Below are positions 6,530 to 11,019 of a DNA stretch of 11,019 nucleotides, piece by piece. A model generated the notes under the pieces. The model ran no database searches. It saw nothing but the letters and a program-made list of their open reading frames with translations, and had not been told where the DNA came from. Source of the DNA: an uncultured bacterium (GTDB lineage Bacteria; JAJVIF01; JAPKYR01). Every line of letters begins with the position of its first letter. The first letter of the stretch is position 1. The stretch spans positions 1-11,019 of the forward strand of contig CBDURU010000116.1 in the NCBI GenBank assembly GCA_965369865.1. The letters run 5' to 3'. A program made the position numbers and the translations under genes.

Positions 6530-7603
6530 TCACCTTCTAATTACAAAAATCAGCGGCAGGCCGAGTATGAAAAATATAAAATTCTGACCCCATGCTGCGA
6601 TCCATGGCTCTATAATGCCCTTTTGCCCGAGGCTTCGCATGACGGTCATCAGGATCCAGTAAATTGCGATGCAGAAAATTGCGAAAATCACTCCGGCCGC
6701 GTTGCCTTTTCTGGGACTGACAACCCCAAACAGGATACCCACCATCGCGAACACAAAATTCGCTATCGGTATGCTGAACTTGAAATAGTAATCGGTTTCG
6801 AGGGCATGCGGACGGACATTATTATCCCTGAAATTGTCGATTATGTCCTTCAACTGGCCGCCCGTCATTTCCTGCGGCGTGCGGTTCTCACCGTAAAGCT
6901 CTCCCATCTCGCGGCTGACGTCCTTCACTACCCGCACGAACTGCGCGGATTGCTTGGCCTCGCCCTGGCGGTCGAACTCATAGGAGTTACCGTCCTCAAG
7001 GATAAGCATATCGCCTTCGAACCTGCCCTTTCGGACGATACTCAGGTCGGGGAATCCAAGCTGGTCCAGATCGAAAAATGTAAGCGCCCCCATCTGTTTC
7101 GATTCCTCGTCATAGGCTTCAGTATATATCACAATATCGTTTGATACATGAAAGAAAACATTGGCCTTCGCAGACTCCATGACATCGGCTACCCAGAACT
7201 GCCGGATATAATTCTGCGAGATATGGTTCGCCTGCGGGACAATTTTTTCATTGAGCCAGAATGTAAGAACGCACACAACGACCGAAAAAAGGATGATCGG
7301 CGTGACAAGGCGGGTCATCGATAGCCCCCCTGCCCTCATCGCGACAATTTCCGAATCGCGGCCCAGCCTGCCGAATGTCAGCAGGACCGCGAACAATGTG
7401 GCTACAGGGAAACCAAGCACAAACATAGCCGGAGTTCTCAGAAGGATTATCTGCGACACGACGCCTATCGGGATTCTCTTGTTGAAAATAAGCTCGCTCA
7501 TGATGAACAGCGTGTTTCCGGTCATGAGCACGACAAATCCGAGAATGATCCCGATAAAGAATACGGTTAACTCTGTCCAGAGATATTTGTCGAGAATTTT
7601 CAT
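6530..7603 (-). CDS. LptF/LptG-family permease (first copy; LptF position by gene order)
   Basis: 357 aa with MKILDKY start, coupling helix DSEIVAMRAGGLSMTRL, LNEKIVP, PQEMT motif and AAWGQN. Same 3+3 TM topology as the second copy. Confidence 0.93.
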   Translation of the reverse strand: MKILDKYLWTELTVFFIGIILGFVVLMTGNTLFIMSELIFNKRIPIGVVSQIILLRTPAMFVLGFPVATLFAVLLTFGRLGRDSEIVAMRAGGLSMTRLVTPIILFSVVVCVLTFWLNEKIVPQANHISQNYIRQFWVADVMESAKANVFFHVSNDIVIYTEAYDEESKQMGALTFFDLDQLGFPDLSIVRKGRFEGDMLILEDGNSYEFDRQGEAKQSAQFVRVVKDVSREMGELYGENRTPQEMTGGQLKDIIDNFRDNNVRPHALETDYYFKFSIPIANFVFAMVGILFGVVSPRKGNAAGVIFAIFCIAIYWILMTVMRSLGQKGIIEPWIAAWGQNFIFFILGLPLIFVIRR

Positions 7604-7761
7604 ACGGCTGGTATTTTAAAAATTTCCGTCAACTGAATCTTACCCTAAAATCATGTTTATGTAGTTAAAAATATTCGGAATACTGTCATATTCGCAAGAT
7701 TACCCGCTTTTTAAGATCCACCCGATAGTTGGACATGTATTAATACGTTAAGGTTCGGAGC

Positions 7762-7790
7762 TTGACACGATAGTTATTGGGGGGTATATA
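7762..7790 (+). promoter_or_regulatory. Sigma70-type promoter of the tRNA gene
   Basis: Perfect TTGACA (7762-7767), 17-bp spacer, then TATATA (7785-7790), ending 11 nt before the tRNA 5' end. Confidence 0.7.
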
Positions 7791-7801
7791 TACGTTGCTC
7801 T

Positions 7802-7888
7802 GCGCGAGTGGCGGAATTGGTAGACGCGCTAGATTCAGGGTCTAGTGGGCTTCGGCTCATGAGGGTTCAAGTCCCTCCTCGCGCACCA
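7802..7888 (+). tRNA. trnL: tRNA-Leu (anticodon CAG), encoded CCA
   Basis: Acceptor stem GCGCGAG/CTCGCGC, D-arm GGCGGAATTGGTAGACGC, anticodon arm CTAGA-TTCAGGG-TCTAG, long variable arm TGGGC-TTCG-GCTCA, T-arm GAGGG-TTCAAGT-CCCTC, discriminator A followed by CCA (7886-7888). Confidence 0.98.
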
Positions 7889-7890
7889 GG

Positions 7891-7899
7891 TTTTTTTTT
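7891..7899 (+). terminator. T9 tract just after the tRNA; possible atypical termination or processing site
   Basis: Nine consecutive T residues begin 2 nt after CCA. There is no dedicated GC-rich hairpin between the tRNA and the tract. Confidence 0.3.
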
Positions 7900-7959
7900 G
7901 AATTGAAAAGGGAACATCCAGGTTCTTTAAGTTGAAATTATTAGCCAATTTCTATTCTC

Positions 7960-10908
7960 TCACCAATTACCATCCGGAGGGAATCTGGTCAGAAAGGCGT
8001 CTCGCTGGGGATTCTCGAGTACTGAACCATAGTGCCAGTCTTCACCAGGTCCGGGATCGAAATCAGCCAATTCATAAAAACCACCAACAACACTTGCATA
8101 ACCAAGTGAGTCAATCGCGACATTATAACCATATCCTTCTGAATTTGGCCCGCCCCAGGTTCCAACCCATAATAACTCACCATCCATGTTAAACTTACTT
8201 AGGTAATAATCCCAACCACCATTTGTTGTTCTTTCTTCTATCCCGGGCCCCGGGTCGAAATCCGCGGAAGGGTAAAAAGTTCCTGTAATATATATATTAT
8301 TCTCATTATCTACTTCAATTGCTAATCCACTATATATCGACCACAAGCCAGCGTTCCAGGATTTAACCCATTGGAAATCGCCATCAGTGTTGAACCTGCT
8401 TAAGAATGGATCGGAAAATGCACTGGTTTCAGTAAGCTCATATACCCCCGGACCCGGATCGAAATCAACTGTGCCTTCAAAATACCCAAGCGTATTAATA
8501 TTATCGAAATTATCAATAGTTATCCCATAACTACGATCTAGATCTACACCACCCCATGTTTTTACCCATTGATATTCGCCATCACTTGTAAACTTATTTA
8601 GATAAATATCTCTCTTGAAGTGGGGTGGGTCAGGACTCCAGCCTGTAACTTCATGGTAATCGGTACCGGGCCCAGGGTCAAAATCAACAACCCCTTCGAA
8701 AGAACCGATACAGTAAATACTTCCGCCTGAATCGATGGCAACCTCCGTCACCGAATTTTTAAATTCATGCTCGCTATATGGTTCGGACCCCCAGTTCCTT
8801 ACCCAGATAAAATCACCTGTCGGGCTGAGTTTTTCGATGAATGCATCTGCTATATTATGAGCTGTATGAAATTCAGTCCCAGGTCCAGGATCGAAATCCA
8901 CTGTCCCTCTAAAATTCCCACCCATTAAAATGTTCCCAACTCCATCCACACATAAATTAGTAGGGATTTGGAGTTCAGGTCCTCCCCAGGTTTTAGCCCA
9001 CTGGAAATCACCATTAGTACTGTAAGAGCATAAGAAAATGTCTGGATACCCTTGTGCATTAAACACCTCTTCACTGGGGTCACCCTCGAAGGTCAGGTCA
9101 AGCCAGAACGGACCAGCAACCAGGATATTGCCCAGGGAACCTACCTTAAGCGTGTACGGGAGTTCATCATAATCTCCACCCATCGTCCTAACCCATTTGA
9201 ATTGCCCGTCACTGTCGAATTTGCTGATATAAGTGTCAAATCCACCCTGGGGGGCTGGATAGCCTGATCGATATGCTTCCAGCGGGCTCGGGTCAAAATC
9301 CACATTGCCGGCATAATAACCCGCGACATATATATTCCCAGAGTCATCCACGTCAACACGGAACGCGTCCTCAGCATATGATCCCCCCCACGTGCGTGCC
9401 CAGCCTTCGCCTTCATTAATCATCACTTCCAGGGGCTCAAACAGCGTCCTTGTTGATCCCTCATCGTCGGTTACACGAAGGTCTGCGTAGATGAGACCAG
9501 AGGTATCGAATATGTGGTTTACGGGATTGCCCTCGTCATCGAACGTCCCGTCCATGTTCCAGTCCCATTCCCACTTAACAATATCACCACCATCAGGATC
9601 ATAGGAGCCGTTATCGTAAAACTGAACAGGCTTCCCAATGGTCTGCGGTACAGGATATGCCATCCCCTCCGCAACCGGTAGTGTATCAGTGACCAGCGGA
9701 ATGAATACTGGGATTACATGATATGCTCCGATAACCTCAAAATTTGGATCTAGAACTGTATCCATTACTGAAATTTCAAGTGGGTACTTACCTTCCCCAA
9801 GCGCCAACATTTGTTGTTCTATTATCGCTGTAAATAAAAAACTGTCTTCGCCAGTTGCTTTAGAAAATTCAAAATAATAATCATTATTAAATGGTGAAGC
9901 GTACCAGATATCCCAGCTGTCTTGGCGACTTAATCGGCCATAGATCGCGGGAGTTAGTTCATCATTATTATTATAATTTTCATAATAGGCTATAGTGTCA
10001 TGCCCTTGATGGTCAAATACTTCTACCTCAATTATCGCTTTACTTCCATGATCTGTTGTTAGACCATCTCCAATAGTGATATTGATTTTGTACGCTTCAT
10101 TGCAATTGGCAGTAATGGGGAAATCATCCAAAGGATCAATAACAGGATCAGCATCCGGAAGAGCCCAGCAAACATCTATTACGTATCCGAAATCAAATGG
10201 AATGCCAGGAAGTGCAATCTGTAAAGTTCGGGTTTCCTCAGTTCCCGGAAGGAACATCCTTCTCGGATTATTTTTTCCATATGCTAATAAAGCATTTGTT
10301 TGTGCAGATCGCTTTTCCCCGAAGGTAAAAACGCCCGGATAATAATTCAGCATTGCAGGTTCATCCGGGTTATATGGATATTTACTTTCACTAAAGAGCC
10401 ATGTATAACCATCTGCGTTCACAAGGACTGGTGAATCCTCACCCCACGCAAACACGACCCAAAAAGGCTCTGGCATATCAGTGATAAAAATCCCCTTGAC
10501 GTCGAAAATTGTCAGAGCCAGGTTGCTCTCGAAAGGATGTTTGATGGTCATGTCCACATCTAACTGTCCCGGTGTGGAAAAATCGAAATTGTCGAACCTC
10601 AGGCAGTCAGCACATGCCTCCTCCAGTAGCCTGACAATGTTGAGATGCATATCAGCGTTACGCCTTTGTGAGCCTGTGATAGTCTGGGTTGACGGATCGA
10701 CATGAAAATCCCAGACACCCAGCGTGTACCGGTTGGTTGGTTTTGGAATCCCATCCGACAGCCCGATATTCTGATCCGAGCCTGGCTCACCTGGGATTAC
10801 TGGATTAGTATGCTTCCCTGATCCTGAACATCCGCAAAGGAGCATGACCAGTATCGAGACGATACCAGTCTGGAGTATCCAATGACTTCGGGATTTTATT
10901 GCTGTCAT
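7960..10908 (-). CDS. Large multidomain lipoprotein (~982 aa): unknown N-terminal region, PKD domain, SBBP-like 7-bladed beta-propeller
   Basis: GGAGG 5 nt before ATG 10908 favours this start over 10920. Lipobox LLCG|C. PKD motifs PVA...VQFYDNGSYDPDGGDIVKWEWDW...LRVTDDEG (~9680-9420). Seven repeats of W.(R/K)(T/N/S)WG...D..GNI...G.F...DFDPGPG...D.(F/Y)(L/I).K. Confidence 0.9.
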   Translation of the reverse strand: MTAIKSRSHWILQTGIVSILVMLLCGCSGSGKHTNPVIPGEPGSDQNIGLSDGIPKPTNRYTLGVWDFHVDPSTQTITGSQRRNADMHLNIVRLLEEACADCLRFDNFDFSTPGQLDVDMTIKHPFESNLALTIFDVKGIFITDMPEPFWVVFAWGEDSPVLVNADGYTWLFSESKYPYNPDEPAMLNYYPGVFTFGEKRSAQTNALLAYGKNNPRRMFLPGTEETRTLQIALPGIPFDFGYVIDVCWALPDADPVIDPLDDFPITANCNEAYKINITIGDGLTTDHGSKAIIEVEVFDHQGHDTIAYYENYNNNDELTPAIYGRLSRQDSWDIWYASPFNNDYYFEFSKATGEDSFLFTAIIEQQMLALGEGKYPLEISVMDTVLDPNFEVIGAYHVIPVFIPLVTDTLPVAEGMAYPVPQTIGKPVQFYDNGSYDPDGGDIVKWEWDWNMDGTFDDEGNPVNHIFDTSGLIYADLRVTDDEGSTRTLFEPLEVMINEGEGWARTWGGSYAEDAFRVDVDDSGNIYVAGYYAGNVDFDPSPLEAYRSGYPAPQGGFDTYISKFDSDGQFKWVRTMGGDYDELPYTLKVGSLGNILVAGPFWLDLTFEGDPSEEVFNAQGYPDIFLCSYSTNGDFQWAKTWGGPELQIPTNLCVDGVGNILMGGNFRGTVDFDPGPGTEFHTAHNIADAFIEKLSPTGDFIWVRNWGSEPYSEHEFKNSVTEVAIDSGGSIYCIGSFEGVVDFDPGPGTDYHEVTGWSPDPPHFKRDIYLNKFTSDGEYQWVKTWGGVDLDRSYGITIDNFDNINTLGYFEGTVDFDPGPGVYELTETSAFSDPFLSRFNTDGDFQWVKSWNAGLWSIYSGLAIEVDNENNIYITGTFYPSADFDPGPGIEERTTNGGWDYYLSKFNMDGELLWVGTWGGPNSEGYGYNVAIDSLGYASVVGGFYELADFDPGPGEDWHYGSVLENPQRDAFLTRFPPDGNW
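7963..9405 (-). repeat. Seven intragenic beta-propeller blade repeats (~65-70 aa each)
   Basis: Blade cores are VDFDPSP, LTFEGDP and five copies of DFDPGPG. Each blade ends in a (D/T/N)G.(F/Y/L).W turn, and the final FPPDGNW closes the ring. Confidence 0.85.
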
Positions 10909-10926
10909 CAAAACCTCCATAGTATA

Positions 10927-10954
10927 AATATAAAGGAAATCCAGTAAATTTCAA
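10927..10954 (-). promoter_or_regulatory. Candidate sigma70 promoter of the large lipoprotein gene
   Basis: The minus strand reads TTGAAA (10954-10949), 16 bp, TATATT (10932-10927), followed by TATACT, ATG and GGAGG. Confidence 0.5.
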
Positions 10955-11019
10955 GTGCATTAACGGGTGAATCGATATGTTCAATCTGATTTTTTCTCCG
11001 GGTGCCGCCCACATGCGTG

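Noticed and set aside
5680..7144. Long + strand ORFs 5680..6396 (238 aa) and 6407..7144 (245 aa)
   Set aside because: They are antisense shadows of the two well-supported permease genes and carry no recognisable motifs.
9955..9990. Diversity-generating retroelement target or template (AAT-rich Asn/Tyr codons)
   Set aside because: There is no second copy differing only at adenines and no reverse transcriptase in the window. It is just an AT-rich loop.
395..11014. Remaining short ORFs in the track
   Set aside because: All overlap longer motif-supported genes, antisense or out of frame, and lack independent evidence.
7889..11019. Prophage, ICE or IS inserted at tRNA-Leu
   Set aside because: No integrase, transposase, terminal inverted repeats or long att duplication is visible in the window.

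Overview
Bacterial cell-envelope locus from a diderm (outer-membrane) organism. Seven co-oriented minus-strand genes (7603->228) look like one operon, with 15-32 bp gaps. In order: two paralogous LptF/LptG permeases, an LptD-like barrel with an unusual Gly/Tyr-rich tail, an uncharacterised lipoprotein, a membrane-anchored DUF2993/LmeA-like protein, a small secreted protein and uppP. A 47-bp tandem array of GTAG-type REP-like palindromes follows uppP and runs off the left edge. A divergent tRNA-Leu(CAG) with a sigma70-like promoter converges on a ~982-aa lipoprotein (unknown N-domain + PKD + 7-blade beta-propeller) whose GC content is mosaic. The best candidate for an undescribed system is the non-canonical Lpt-like operon. 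Its three unassigned exported partners and neutral residues at the positions that bind lipid A in E. coli hint at a different cargo or complex. All family calls come from motif recognition by eye; no database search was run.
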